From Macrostomum lignano (lineage: Eukaryota), in the NCBI GenBank assembly GCA_002269645.1, contig NIVC01000056.1:372001-436000 (forward strand): a stretch of DNA of 64,000 bases, given 5' to 3'. Shown piece by piece: positions 1 through 13,600 of this stretch (positions are counted from its first letter, which is position 1; every line of letters starts with the position of its first letter). The translations under genes were made by a program, and so were the position numbers. The notes below the pieces were generated by a model, which was given only the letters and a program-made list of their open reading frames with translations, was not told the DNA's origin and did no database searches.

Positions 1-284
1 AACTAATCGTCTATGGTTCAAACGCCTGCTAAAGCTGAACTAATGGCCAGTTGAGTTTGTCATTGTCAAAAATCAGCCTTTAGGATAATGCAATCGTCTA
101 TGGTTAAACCATGAGCACATTTATTTATTTTTTCACTTAAACTTCAGGATAATGATTTCAAACTCGGGATAATGGACACCTATTTTTAGAACAAAACAGC
201 AAACACCAACAACAAAAGATTAGCGCTATGGAAAGTTAATTGTGCAGTATCAATATGGCGCAATTGTCATAGTGCCGAAGACCA

Positions 285-760
285 TTACAGATTGCAATTG
301 TTGAAAGTGCAGTTGTTCATAATAAAGATATTCCGACCGTTCATCTGACGACCATCAGACACGCTCACTGCTTCTTGCACGATGGAACTTTGGATGCTGA
401 TGTCAGCAGGCATTGTTACTTGACCGGGGGCGCGGCGCTTTGTCTCATGTTCAACGCACGCGACACTGCATCGCTGCATTGTTGCAGGGACTTGTCCCGT
501 TTAACTGCCAGGTAGCGCCGGACCGTGCTCTCGGACTTTTGACCCGTGATAGCCATGATCTCGCTCATCGAATGCCCAGCCGATTCCAGGTCTCAAGAAA
601 GTGCAAGAAGTTCAAAAAGTCTTCGTTATCCTTCATGTCCTTCTGAGATGTGGAAAGTCTTGAGATCCAATTGAGTTCGCTGCTAGATACGTTGGCTAAA
701 CTTTCGACAGGCAGATTGCCCCAGTTGATCGGATATGACGTCTGGTTCTTCATGGCCAAG
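285..760 (-). pseudogene. Degenerate C-terminal fragment of a Crypton-like tyrosine recombinase
   Basis: Manual minus-strand translation of 592-416 gives DLESAGHSMSEIMAITGQKSESTVRRYLAVKRDKSLQQCSDAVSRAL, resembling the YR box II pattern L..aG....Im.iTGHks...l..Y (Tyr codon 514-512; GH read as GQ). A shifted frame ends NIFIMNNCTFNNCNL, similar to Crypton/DUF3504-type tails. Stops and frameshifts are present; no N-terminal half is visible. Confidence 0.55.
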
Positions 761-1403
761 CGAATGTAGCTATTTACGTTTTATTCTCTCTTTCTCTCCA
801 CACCTCCTTCCTTTCCACCCTCTTAACCCCCAGCCTGTTTGCAACTTCGTTGTCTATGGCCCAAACTCCAGTAAACCACCTCAGTCTTTATGTCTCTCTC
901 TCCTCGGTAACCCCTCTCTCCTTTCGATGCCCTTTTTGTCTATGGCCCCACTGAAATTCGACAATGCGGTTATTCGTAAGTGAGACTTTAGGATAATAGT
1001 CCGGCTCATGAGTGCGCACACTTACGAATAACCAACCATTACACCAGGCTGTGTCTTATGGACAATGGCGGAGTGGGGAAATGCCTGCGCCGATTATTGG
1101 ACAACAGGAAATGTTTTTTATTGCTGGGGGAATTGTGACTGACTTGGGACTGTTATTTCCCTTGTAAATAACAACTCAATAAGTAACTTCCTTGTAACGT
1201 GCATGAAATCCAGCAAGGTCTTCGCTAAGTCTATTTTGGCTCATTTCAAGCTGCGATTTGCAACCACTCCGGGCCAAAAATCGCTGTATTCATCTATTTT
1301 TCAGGCTTTTTAAAGCGAGGAAAATAGCTCAGATCTCAGGTCTCTGGCAACCATGATTCCAGATTTTTCTGTAAGACCAATTCCCTATTTCTCGTTTCTC
1401 CAC

Positions 1404-1872
1404 TCCCCATTCCCCGATTCCCCATTTCCCATTCCCCGATTCCCCATTTCCCATTCCCCATTCCCCGATTCCCCATTTCCCATTCCCCATTCCCCGATTC
1501 CCCATTCCCCGATTCCCCATTTCCCGATTCCCCATTCCTCGATTCCCCGATTCCCCGATTCCCCATTCCCCGATTCCCCATTCCTCAATTCCCCATTCCC
1601 CGATTCCCCATTCCCCGATTCCCCATTCCCCGATTCCCCATTCCTCGATTCCCCGATTCCCCGATTCCCCATTCCCCGATTCCCCATTCCCCGATTCCCC
1701 ATTCCTCGATTCCCCGATTCCCCGATTCCCCATTCCCCGATTCCCCATTCCCCGATTCCCCATTCCCCGATTCCCCATTCCCCGATTCCCCATTCCTCGA
1801 TTCCCCGATTCCCCGATTCCCCATTCCCCGATTCCCCATTCCCCGATTCCCCATTTCCCGATTCCCCATTCC
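1404..1872. repeat. Minisatellite built from CCCCATT / CCCCGATT subunits (~15-bp unit)
   Basis: Directly visible tandem array; produces spurious low-complexity ORFs on both strands. Confidence 0.95.
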
Positions 1873-3182
1873 GCAATACCGCATACCGCAACCGCTACAG
1901 TCAGTTAATAATAATTATTTTTCTGGAGTCTGCTGTCTCGTAGACAATAAAATATGCCTAAAAAAACATATTTTCTCCCTGCACCTGGCCGCGTCTTGCG
2001 CGGGCAAACTGCCTCTACTTCTTTAGGGAAAAAAACAAACTTGCTCTCTGGCCCTGCGAACAGAAAGAAATTGAGAAGAGGCGAACGGTCCTGGAGTAAT
2101 TTGGTAGCGGAGATCACGGAATCCCAGCGACCTCAGGCTCAGGGCGCTTTGGGGGCCAGCGTTATTGTTATATTCTATATCTGGAATAAATCTGGGAGGG
2201 AAAAAGCTTTTATTCAGATCGAGTTGGATTTCTCCCATCCCCTCTCTGCCCTCCCAGCGCCATGCGGCAGTCAAATCAGGCTGTTTTGCAAATGGGTTCT
2301 GTACGGAAGTAGAAGCAAAGAGAAGTAATGAAATGAATGCACCTTTATCGTCTCTAGCTCGTATACCTGATCAAAATAGTGCATTGTTTGCTTTCCAAGA
2401 TTTAGAAATTGAAGTGGTTTCTTTTGCGAGCATCTAGAAAAATTTAAGTGTATATACGAGTGACGTCACGCACTGCCCTCAGCCGGTGCAGGAAGTGCGT
2501 GAGCTGATGCCGCAGCCACCCTACCAGCAGGGACAGTCTAGCTCTCAGCCTCTTTTCGATTTCCCGCATAAGAATCCTCAACTATTTAAATTATTTTATT
2601 CCAATTCCTCCAACTGGAGAAGCGCCAGTGAATGATTGACGACTTTCTGAGTCAGTACGGATCGGAGTACTTGCGCCAACCAGCCGCAGAAGTAAATCTT
2701 CAACTATCTTTGCATCGACTTAAATCGCGCCCACTGATTAATCGTTTACGCTGGAGCCGCAAGTTACACTGCCGGCAGCAACTGAATGCAATAAACAATT
2801 CAGCGGCCGACATTTAACTCTGATGCAAATCGACCGATAAAGCTGTGGTGCGCCATAAACTGTGAACTTTCGCTGGCTTCCAGCCAAAAGGTCAGTTCGC
2901 TAAAAGCCGCGATTTCTATTGACTTGACATCTCTGTGGCGGGAGCTCGATTGGATTTTGGGACAATTTTTTTTCACCTGTCCCGTTGGGATCGATTGGAT
3001 TTGCTACTATCATGGGCTTCGAACGCACTGGCACAGCGAACACTCGTTGAGGGCCTTTAAAGTGTTTTTTGCTATTGTAAGCAGAGTTTGATCTGCAAGG
3101 AAAATAGTTTTGATCAAATTGGATAAGTATGACGCTTAGGACACTTAGACACGAGATGATGTAACTATTTAAGACACTATTG

Positions 3183-3545
3183 AAGGCGTGTTAGACACTA
3201 GTTAAGGCGTGTTAGACACTAGTTAAGGCGTGTTAGACACTAGTTAAGGCGTGTTAGACACTAGTTAAGGCGTGTTAGACACTAGTTAAGGCGTGTTAGA
3301 CACTAGTTAAGGCGTGTTAGACACTAGTTAAGGCGCGTATTAGACACTAGTTACGAGTAAGGCGTGTTAGACACTAGTTAAGGCGTGTTAGACACTAGTT
3401 AAGGCGTGTTAGACACTAGTTAAGGCGTGTTAGACACTAGTTAAGGCGCGTATTAGACACTAGTTAAGGCGTGTTAGACACTAGTTAAGGCGTGTTAGAC
3501 ACTAGTTAAGGCGCGTATTAGACACTAGTTAAGGCGTGTTAGGCA
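3183..3545. repeat. 21-bp minisatellite (AAGGCGTGTTAGACACTAGTT)n
   Basis: About 17 copies; one unit carries a 6-bp insertion around 3352-3359. Confidence 0.95.
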
Positions 3546-3637
3546 CTTTAAATGTTCAAGCGTCTCACAAGGACCACAAGATATTTTTGTTCGCACTTTT
3601 CCCTAGAAACTGAGTTAGATTAACGATCCCAGCTCAC

Positions 3638-4474
3638 CGCAGGGTGGCTTCCCGGCTCGTGCACAGCCACACGCAGTCCGTAGGCCTGCTCGAATATGTC
3701 GAAAAGGAAGCCCTGCTTGTGCTGGACTCCGTAACTCTCCACGGGACCCAGCCAGATAATGAGCGCCAGGCTGAACACGTCCTGAATGACATCCGGGTTG
3801 AACTGCAGCGTGTAGCAGTTGAAATAGTTCGGGTGGCTGAACGTCGTCACATCTAGCAGCCTGTCGTAGCAGCCCTTCGTGCCCTGCACCTGCGCAGAGG
3901 AGAACTTGAAAATGCAGTCGACGAATGAGTCGTTCCTGGAGTGGCCCAGCATCGCAGCTTGGGACGCCTTCAAGTTTTGAAAGTAGAGCCTGGATGAGTC
4001 CATAGGGAGGGTCAGCTGAAGCGCTTTCATGCTGGCGGACAAGACCTCCTTGTACTCTTGGTCGGTGGCGTCGCTCTGCGGTTCGGTCACTTTCTTCTCG
4101 TACGCGCCTTCGATGTCCAGCTCCGAGAGCAGCCGAAGACCATGCTGGCGCAGCTGCCAGTTGAAGTCAGTCGGTGATGGCACGGTTTTGTCCGTCCAGA
4201 GTCGGAAAGCGTTCTTCGAGAACGGCTGGTTGTTGCAGATGCTCACCGCCGGGAACGGGCTGACGTCGTCCAGATCGAGCCGGGTCTGGATGTTCACGTC
4301 GTACTGCAGGTAGTCGAGGGTGACGTTCACGGCGCTGTAGAACAGCAGGGAGGTGGAGCCGAGCACGAACAGGACCCACAGGTGGCTGAGAAAGCGGCTC
4401 GGACTCTTGAAAATTCGACCGACACCGCGAATGCTGGTGCTCTCGAGGAAGGCTCTGGTCTCTTCTGAGATCAT
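3638..4474 (-). CDS. DEG/ENaC (amiloride-sensitive sodium channel family) subunit, first coding exon
   Basis: ORF 4474-3620 has pre-TM1 STSIRGVGRI (HG motif position), hydrophobic TM1 LWVLFVLGSTSLLFYS, FPAVSICN, YFNCYT and GLRVAVHEP, all family hallmarks. Probable donor GCG/GTGAGC at 3637; downstream exons not recognised in the window. Confidence 0.85.
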
Positions 4475-4524
4475 CGTTCGGTGTGCGACTGCCGCAGGTG
4501 AGGAAGTTGTGGGCGCTTAGTTTA

Positions 4525-4922
4525 GGGTGGTCCAGAAAGGTATAACAAACTGAGTTTTCCTCTAGAGCTGCATGGATACTTTTTAATCCATTGTAATCTA
4601 AAAAATATTGGTACTTGCTTCAAAAAACATGAGGACACAGCATGAAATCGGCAGTGCAGTTTTTTAGGCACTGCTCAAAGTCATCGTCAGCTGCGTGATG
4701 AATGCCTTCAGCTGTAGATACTTCAGTTATTGAAACGGGTGTTCTTTAAGAAAACTGCTGCACCTTCCTAGTTTTCAAGGCAAATAGCAAGATTTTTCAA
4801 GTAAAAATATCATCAGAACAAGGTCCATAAGCATGCATGTATCAAGTTTCAACCCAATCCACCAACCCAGTGCATAGAAAACTCAGTTTGTCATCCGGGA
4901 GACCTTTCGGGACCATCAGCTG
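4525..4922. mobile_element. Degenerate MITE-like element (possibly Tc1-type) just upstream of the ENaC start
   Basis: Imperfect inverted ends sharing TGGTCC.GAAAGGT and ACAAACTGAGTTTTC; TA at the right end (4923-4924). Confidence 0.35.
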
Positions 4923-5838
4923 TAATCGCTATAGTCAGGGAAGAAATTCTTCACGACTTATAAAGGTTTAAGGAGGCTGCCGAAGATACGCAACAAATTA
5001 TGGCCTCGCAATCATGAAAAAATTCAAATAAAATACAGCTCCTGCTCCGTCGTTTCCCCGCCTACATAAAAACTCACTCAGTGACTCCCGAATTTGATAA
5101 ACAACTCAAGCGCTTTTCCAAATGCAATTAAATAAATTAATTTTCAAACCCAATTCAAGTTATGATTTGCTTAATCAACACAAAATTTCTCCAATAGATT
5201 ACTCACACTATAATTGTTGCGAATGCGCTGCACCTGCGGTTTAAGCTGAAAGATAGTTTCAAAGCTCAAGGTGGATTCCAGAAGTCAGCTAGCAATGGAA
5301 TGCTGGGCGGATGCCAATAAGGCCGTTGGAATTGGTTGGAGGGAGATATCCTCGATTTGAGATCCTCGGCTCTGGCTCTGCCATTGGCTGGGGATTTTGC
5401 CAGTCCACGCTGGGCGCTGCAAGTCCGGCAAAGCCCCAGCCTTCTCCCCTGAGCAGGCGGAGAAGTGCTCCCGGATTGACAAAATCTGTAATCAGCATTC
5501 TGAGTAAACAGCGGGGGCTGCGGCCCCCTGCTCCCGGATTTGTGTACTCATTTTCAGCCAGGCCGACTCAGGTTAGGGCAGCCCGGTCGCTTAGCAACCA
5601 AAACTGGAGATGTCATTCTCGGGGTGAAATGAAAAGCCTGAAAAGTTGGGGATAAGTTATACAAGCGTGTAACGACTGTCAGATGCGATGGCAATTTGCA
5701 GGGGACTACGAGGTCAATCCAGAGTGAAATGATGAATTTCTAGATGCAAAAGAACGGTTCAAATAGGATCCTCCAAATGAGAAATTCAGTGCCAATGTAA
5801 AACCCTGTATGAGTGCGTGCCTTCGCTCGTACCAGTGA

Positions 5839-6445
5839 GTATTGCTGGCACAATCACCATTCAGGATGCAACAGTTGCTGGCACAATCGCCATTCAGGAT
5901 GCAACAGTTGCTGGCACAATCACCATTCAGGATGCAACAGTTGCTGGCGCAATCGCCATTCAGGATGCAACAGTTGCTGGCACAATCGCCATTCAGGATG
6001 CAACAGTTGCTGGCACAATCGCCATTCAGGATGCAACGGTTGCTGGCACAATCGCCATTCAGGATGCAACAGTTGCTGGCGCAATCGCCATTCAGGATGC
6101 AACAGTTGCTGGCACAATCGCCATTCAGGATGCAACAGTTGCTGGCACAATCGCCATTCAGGATGCAACAGTTGCTGGCACAATCGCCATTCAGGATGCA
6201 ACAGTTGCTGGCACAATCGCCATTCAGGATGCAACAGTTGCTGGCACAATCGCCATTCAGGATGCAACAGTTGCTGGCACAATCGCCATTCAGGATGCAA
6301 CAGTTGCTGGCACAATCGCCATTCAGGATGCAACAGTTGCTGGCACAATCGCCATTCAGGATGCAACAGTTGCTGGCACAATTGCAATTCAGGATGCAAC
6401 AGTTGCTGGCACAATTGCAATTCAGGATGCAACAGTTGCTGGCGC
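5839..6445 (+). repeat. 33-bp minisatellite, possibly coding (IQDATVAGTIA)n
   Basis: About 18 copies of ATTCAGGATGCAACAGTTGCTGGCACAATCGCC; open in all three plus frames. Confidence 0.9.
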
Positions 6446-6866
6446 AAGTGTGACGTCAATGCAAATTGCGGCTGAATCACGCCAGCCCGCCGTCATGAAC
6501 TGACGAATGTCTGTCGCACTGGCAAGGTGGCAATGAATAATCATTGTATTTGTAGTCCCATGTAAATTTCTGCTCCAGCTGTAGACTGCTGTGCCCTCGG
6601 CCTGTTAGCGTGAAATTGCTTTTGGCATCGACACGCCAGGGCAGGGCAGCTCTGGGAGTTGCGCCGGGAGTGAAACCCGTCGGATCATTCTAAGAAAATA
6701 GCTAGAGCCGATCGAAAATATTGCAATTTTGTATGCGGCTGACGGATCCCGCTGCGGATTGACTGGGCTCGTTCTGAATTTTAGAATGCTGGAGTAATGT
6801 GATGCTCGGATTCCAGCTGATCTCTTCAAATATACTATTGAAATTAGTTAAACATTACTTTATCGA

Positions 6867-7249
<383 letters not shown>

Positions 7250-7685
7250 ATATTAAAGAACAAAAAAATTGTTTTTTGCCCATATTTACTTGAATCAACA
7301 ACTTTAATATGCATTTAGCCATTTGCTTTACTGCTAATCAATTATTGTAATCAATTATCAATAATCAATCAATTATTGTAACCAATAAAAATATGATTCG
7401 TAGGGATCATTTTTAAAGATGAAAATTTCATAACTTAAAGTAAAACAGACTGCCGAGATTAAGCATGATATTAAATGTAGCGGATAATTTTCATCCCAGT
7501 CGCGGCTGAGTGACTAATTTGATCGCACACCTGAAGTTGCTTTAACCTGCCGGATTGAAAGCTCCGATTTATTGCTAATTAGACATGAACTGGCCCGCAT
7601 GGCAACTCGTTCTAATTAGTTCTGAGCTCAACCCAAGCTTGGGGGCATAGCGATCCGTCACAACGTGCTCAATTTGTCGGTAAAG

Positions 7686-10600
7686 TCACACAGATGTAAC
7701 AGCCCCGTTGTGATGGCGCTCATCACAGCCTCCTTGCGGATGCGAGCGACGCTTCTCCAGCAGCTGACTCGACAGTCGGCGCTCAGTCTTGTAGTAGCGG
7801 TAGACTGGCCTCATCGGGCCCTGGGCCTGCTCCAGCTCCATCAGCGAGTGCTCAATGATGTCGCCAGTGTGAAAGTCGAAGTGAGCAAAGCACGATGCAA
7901 CTGAAAATGAGTAGAGTATTGTAGACCAGCTTGTAGTAAACTCTAAGAAGAAATAACTCTCCAAACCCTGCCGATCCTACTGGCAGTAGCACTGAAAAAG
8001 CATTTAAATTTGATGGAAGTTGAAAAATTTTGCAGCCAGTTTTTGTGAGCCCTCTTTGATCCCTATTAATTATGCAGCCGAAACCTGCGTGTTTGATACA
8101 GAAGCAACACAGACACAGACTGCTTACCGAGATTAGCGCTGGACAAGGCTGAGTTCTCAAACGGAACCGTTCCGATCACGACTGGCACGGAGAGCTGAAG
8201 AGATTCGCTGTGCCCGAGCACGCCAGAGGCTTCAATCTTGACCTGCCGAAAATTAAAATTGCAAATACACGAAGGTTCATATTGGAGTAAATAAGAAAAT
8301 GCTGATATTTTACAATGGCAAGAAAATTGAAAACATGAAAACTAAATACATGGCTGAGTTACACACATTACTTCTTTAGGTGAGTTCATGTAAAAGTTGG
8401 CTGACTGAAAAAATTAACTGTTTATTAAAAATTGATTGCATCATCATAACTAATTGCGATATCGAATTCTCCAGCTTACTTAGTTGAAATGCTATCTAGC
8501 ATAGACAGATGCCAAGACTCACTGGGGAGTTGCTGAGATGCCATGGCTCATGGGGGAGTTGCTGAGATGCCATGGCTCATGGGGGAGTTGCTGAGATGCC
8601 AAGGCTCATTGGGGAGTTTCTGAGATGCCATGGCTCATTGGGGAGTTTCTGAGATGCCATGGCTCACTGGGGAGTTGCTGAGATGCCATGGCTCATTGGG
8701 GAGTTGCTGAGATGCCATGGCTTCCGGGGGAGTTGCTTAGATGACAAGGCTCAGTAGGGGGACGCTGATGTCCTAGGCTTGAAGGGGGTAAGACACTTAC
8801 ATGTACCACATAAGTACATTTACTAATTGTGAAGCGTGCTGCCTTTGTCTAAATTACAGTCGTGCTTCTTCTTCTTTTCTTCAAGCAACCCATTGTAACT
8901 GGATGCTTAGTCGTTTATCGACCATTTTTACTGCAATATTTAGCGTGCACTTACAAGCTTCACTACGAGCGTATCTAAAGGAGGGTTGACAAAATTTGTT
9001 AAAATTTAATAAAGATAAGAAGAGATTTTCGGTGTTCTTTCCATGTAAGCAGCGCCTCGGTTGGTTCCGCATTCGCTCGAGCGAGGGTGGGGGGGGGTGC
9101 GGTCACGCCATTTCGAGTTCGCAGCCTAGAAGCATCAATAAACTGACTTTTTATGCCTAAATGGATTGTAGAGCTCGGAAAAAAAGAGACTAGCCTGGAT
9201 CAGTTCCATTCTCTATGCTTCCCACGACCCACATCATCGATCGCTGGATCGCCAGAGGTCAGCATTGCTTTTTCATTCCCAGCATCATTTTGCCCAGCGC
9301 TAATGGCTTTCGCCAGGCTCGTATTTGTTTGCACAGGGTAAATTTATGCGGCCACTCACTCACCTGCACTACGTACTCAATGCTGAGCACTTGGCAGCAG
9401 TGTCGGCCTGTCGGCGGCAGCGGCGGCACGTGAATGACGTCGTGATAAAACCCGGACGCACCTGGCCGCACGCGCTGCCCGGAGATGCTGAAGATCAGGG
9501 CGCTAGCAGTGTGAGAACGCTGGCCGGCTTTGAGAACCAGTCGCTGCTGGAACGTGATATGCGTGCTGTCGACGCAGGCGGAGGAGCCGTTGACCACCTG
9601 CATGCCGATGTCCATGGTCTCGCCCGGCACATAGCCAGACCTCGGCAGGGACAGCTCGCAGCGAATTCGGCCCTTGCTGATGCAGCAACAGCAAGTCACG
9701 ATCGCGTCCTTTTTCAGGCTAACGCCCTCCTTTTGAATAGAAGCAACGGCATTTTATTAAGATCGTGCTGTACTCATTGACCGGAGGTAATTACATTCTG
9801 AACATTTTTCTGTGTCTGAATTGGGCTGAATTATATCCTGCTTATGATCTCTTTTGCGTCCTTTGTGCTGAGAAAAATTCAATTTTTCCCCAAAGCCGAA
9901 ATTTTCATTTTGCTGACATCGACAACCAGATTCATTCATCAACTCGATAGTCTGTACTTTTCCAACATGCACAGCCCCGCCTGTCAGATTCATTCATCAA
10001 CTCGACAGTCTGTACTTTTCCAACATGCACAGCCCCGCCTGTCAGATTCATTCATCAACTCGATAGTCTGTACTTTTCCAACATGCACAGCCCCGCCTGT
10101 CAGATTCATTCATCAACTCGATAGTCTGTACTTTCCCAACATGCACAACCCCGCCTGTCAGATTCATTCATCAACTCGATAGTCTGTACTTTTCCAACAT
10201 GCACAGCCCCGCCTGTCAGATTCATTCATCAACTCGACAGTCTGTACTTTTTAACATGCACAGCCCCGCCTGTCAGATTCATTCATCAACTCGATAGTCT
10301 GTACTTTTCCAACATGCACAGCCCCGCCTGTCAGATTCATTCATCAACTCGATAGTCTGTACTTTTCCAACATGCACAGCCCCGCCTGTCAGATTCATTC
10401 ATCAACTCGATAGTCTGTACTTTTCCAACATGCACAGCCCCGCCTGTCAGATTCATTCATCAACTCGATAGTCTGTACTTTTCCAACATGCACAGCCCCG
10501 CCTGTGAAACACGCGGGCAACTCACAGTCAGACTCTTGCAGCGGTTCAGGTCGCGGGATCGCAGAACCAGGATGCGTCGCTCCCGGCTGTGTCCCGCAGT

Positions 10601-13600
10601 TCGCCAGGAATTCTCCAGATCAACGCGTAGACAGTAGGCAACTCTGGCCTTCACCCGGCCAGTGTCGGAGAAGTGCTCAAATGACGAAGGCAGTCTCTCC
10701 GGCAGTTGGAAGTGAAACCGGAACTGGTGAAATCCGGCTCGGATCAGGTGGCCTGGCTGGGATGCCTTCTCGTCCGGGCCTTGGAAATGGGAGACGGGAG
10801 ATTGGGGAATTTCTCTACGCTAGCTCTGATGACGAACGAGGATCCCATTTTGTTCCAGGGGCCACGCACAGTAAGGAGAGTCGCCTGGCTTTTAGCTCCT
10901 GCATTTTCTATCTGGTCTGGCGGTGCAGTGTTGTCAGTCTCGGGGGAAGCCACATGGAGCAAAAAAGAGTTTCATGCGCTTCAAGCTGAAGCACTTAACA
11001 CGACGATTGAGTAGAAAGTGTTCCATGCTCGCATATTCTGCACTTTGAAAGTGGCGTTGAGTCAGGATCCTTGTGCAGCATCTCGGTGGGTTTTAATTCA
11101 TACTAGAAGTTGTATTGCTCAAACTGGAGCTTGAGGACAGAACTACGCTTGTACGATATAGAATTTATGCACTGCGCATGGAAGTCATCAAAGTGGAACT
11201 CAGAAGAGGCTAAGATGGTCTTCTAACTTGAGTTGGGGCCGCCGGCCTTCTCCGATAAGCAGATATGGTGATAATCAGCCATCGAGGAAAGTTATGCTTC
11301 AATGCGGATTTTCCGCTTCGCTAGAGAGTGGCCTTCTGTGGGCGGGGCCGGGCGCGATGGAGTAAAAGTGCAGAGCAGGCTAAGGGAGTGAAAGTCTCTC
11401 CAATGCTCACCGCTAAGAACTCAGCCACTGAGTAGAAGTTTTCTTCAATTTTGCTCAGGTTCCTGTTCAGTTTAAATCGCATTAAAACTGACAGTCGGTG
11501 TTGCTGAACAGACGGGGTTGTAGCCTAGTGGTTAGAGCTTCTGACTCACGACTTGAAGGTCGGGGGTTCGATTCCCGATCCCGCTGGAACAATTTGTGTC
11601 CTTGAGCAAGACACTTAACTCTGCATTGCTTCAGTTCACCCAGCTGTAAAATGGGTGCCAGCATTAGCTGGGGTAATTGAGGGTGTGTGTGGCGACCCCC
11701 CCCCAGTCCTTGGACTGAACAGCCGTAAGCAGCCTTCAGATGCGCCGCGCAATAGCTGCGGCTGAGCTGTCGGTTGCACATCTGGCCCAATTAAGGCAGG
11801 TGTAATCAGTTATTACTATTATTATGAACGGTTTAAAAGTGCTTTTTACCTTTCCCAAACAGCTGGCTGCAGCACTGGAACAGGGTCTGCCGCCCGACCA
11901 CTGTCTCGGGTTGCGAGGCGTCCTTCTGCCGGGCCTCAACCCAGGAGACCTCGGCCTGCCCGGTGAATACAATGCGACAGCCTGCGGGTCGGGGGGGGGG
12001 TCGGCTAGTGGCTCCCAGAGATTGAATTCGTGCATCGCTTCATCTGCTCTCACGCCAATATTGGCGCCGCAATTGTTCGGCCCCACAATGCGTTCTAGAT
12101 GCGAATACAATGGATACCCAGTGAGCCGTGCAGTCTTCAGTCCCACCTCAGGCTGGGCCTCCCTTCAATTATCGTGAGCAATCAGTTGCTAAATAATGCA
12201 CAGCTCAGACCACAGTCAGTGTGCCCATCAAGGTCAGAAATTTTCTTCAAGCTGGTTTCGATCAAAGAGGCCCTTGAATCAGAATTTGATTTACAAGAAG
12301 GCTAACTGACGTGGGGGGCATCACAAACTCGAAAAATCACAACTCCGAAAAGCTCTTTCCATCACAAACCCGAAATATCACAAAAACCCGAAATATCACA
12401 ATACCCAAAATATCACAATACCCAAGATATCATAAACCCGAAATATCACAAACCCGAAATATCACAATACCCAAGATATCATAAACCCGAAATATCACAA
12501 ACCCGAAATATCACAAACCCGAAATACCATAAACCCGAAATATCAAAAAACCGAAATATCACAAACCCGAAATATCATAAACCCGAAATATCACAAACAC
12601 GAAATATCATAAACCCGAAATATCACAAACACGAAATATCATAAACCCGAAATATCACAAACCCGAAATATCACAAACACGAAATATCATAAACCCGAAA
12701 TATCACAAACACGAAATATCACAAACCCGAAATATCACAAACCCGAAATATCACAAACCCGAAATATCACAAACCCGAAATATCACAAACCCGAAATATC
12801 ACAAACCCAAAATATCATAAACCCGAAATATCACAAACACGAAATATCATAAACCCGAAAATAGCATTGGACACTGCTAGAACTTTCGGGGTTATGATAT
12901 TTAGGGTTTACGATGGGTGTTGCTATTTTGGTTTTCGGAGTTGTGATTGTTTGAGTTTGTGATGGCGACCCACCGGTTGGTTCGTTGCACACACAGCACA
13001 CAGGAAATGTCTTTTATCAGTTTTCTGTTGTTTATAATTTTAGTCTCATTTAAACTTCCATTCCTAGCCGATTTTATACGAACTATTTTTGTTCCAAACA
13101 GGCGGCTCTGTGAAATTTCATCTGTAGAAACGAACATAAATGGGAATCACGCGGTAGCTATTGAAGTGAATTTTACAGCAAAGCATTTCTTACTGCAACA
13201 AATATTTATACCTTCCAGTTGCTCCATCTGCTCCCTTCTTTTCCAGTTGCATCTTCGTTCAACCTCTTCACTCCCCCCCCCCCCCCTAATGGCCTAATGG
13301 CCGCTATAGGGGGAATTTTTGGCAACAAGCACCTCCTTTCTTTCCCAATCTCTCCCTGTGTTCTCTTTCCCTCATTAACTATTCAAGCCGGGCCTAATGA
13401 GAGCGCACAGCGGCTCTTTCTCCCTGTCCCGGCAGGTGCAGCAAGATATCGATTCTCTCCTGCAGATTCAAGCAAAGCCGGTCCCCAGTACCTGGGAGAC
13501 TCAGACACTGAGACTGAGACTGACGAGTTCTCTCCAGAGCCTAGCGAATCCCAGGAAGCTTTGCTTTCCTTGAGAAACACGGTGCATTGTCCGCAAGAAC

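Noticed and set aside
2460-2469. CRE palindrome TGACGTCA (also at 6451)
   Set aside because: Two hits of an 8-mer are within chance, and neither lies at a defined promoter.
11514-11590. tRNA gene (also near 45000-45068 and 60745-60820)
   Set aside because: Box A/B are present but there is no proper acceptor stem, and each copy continues into a shared SINE body.
12120-12300. Arrestin exon or RTE LINE 3' end (IIEGRPSLRWD, minus strand)
   Set aside because: Flanked by in-frame stops, with no phase-compatible splice sites and too little similarity to call.
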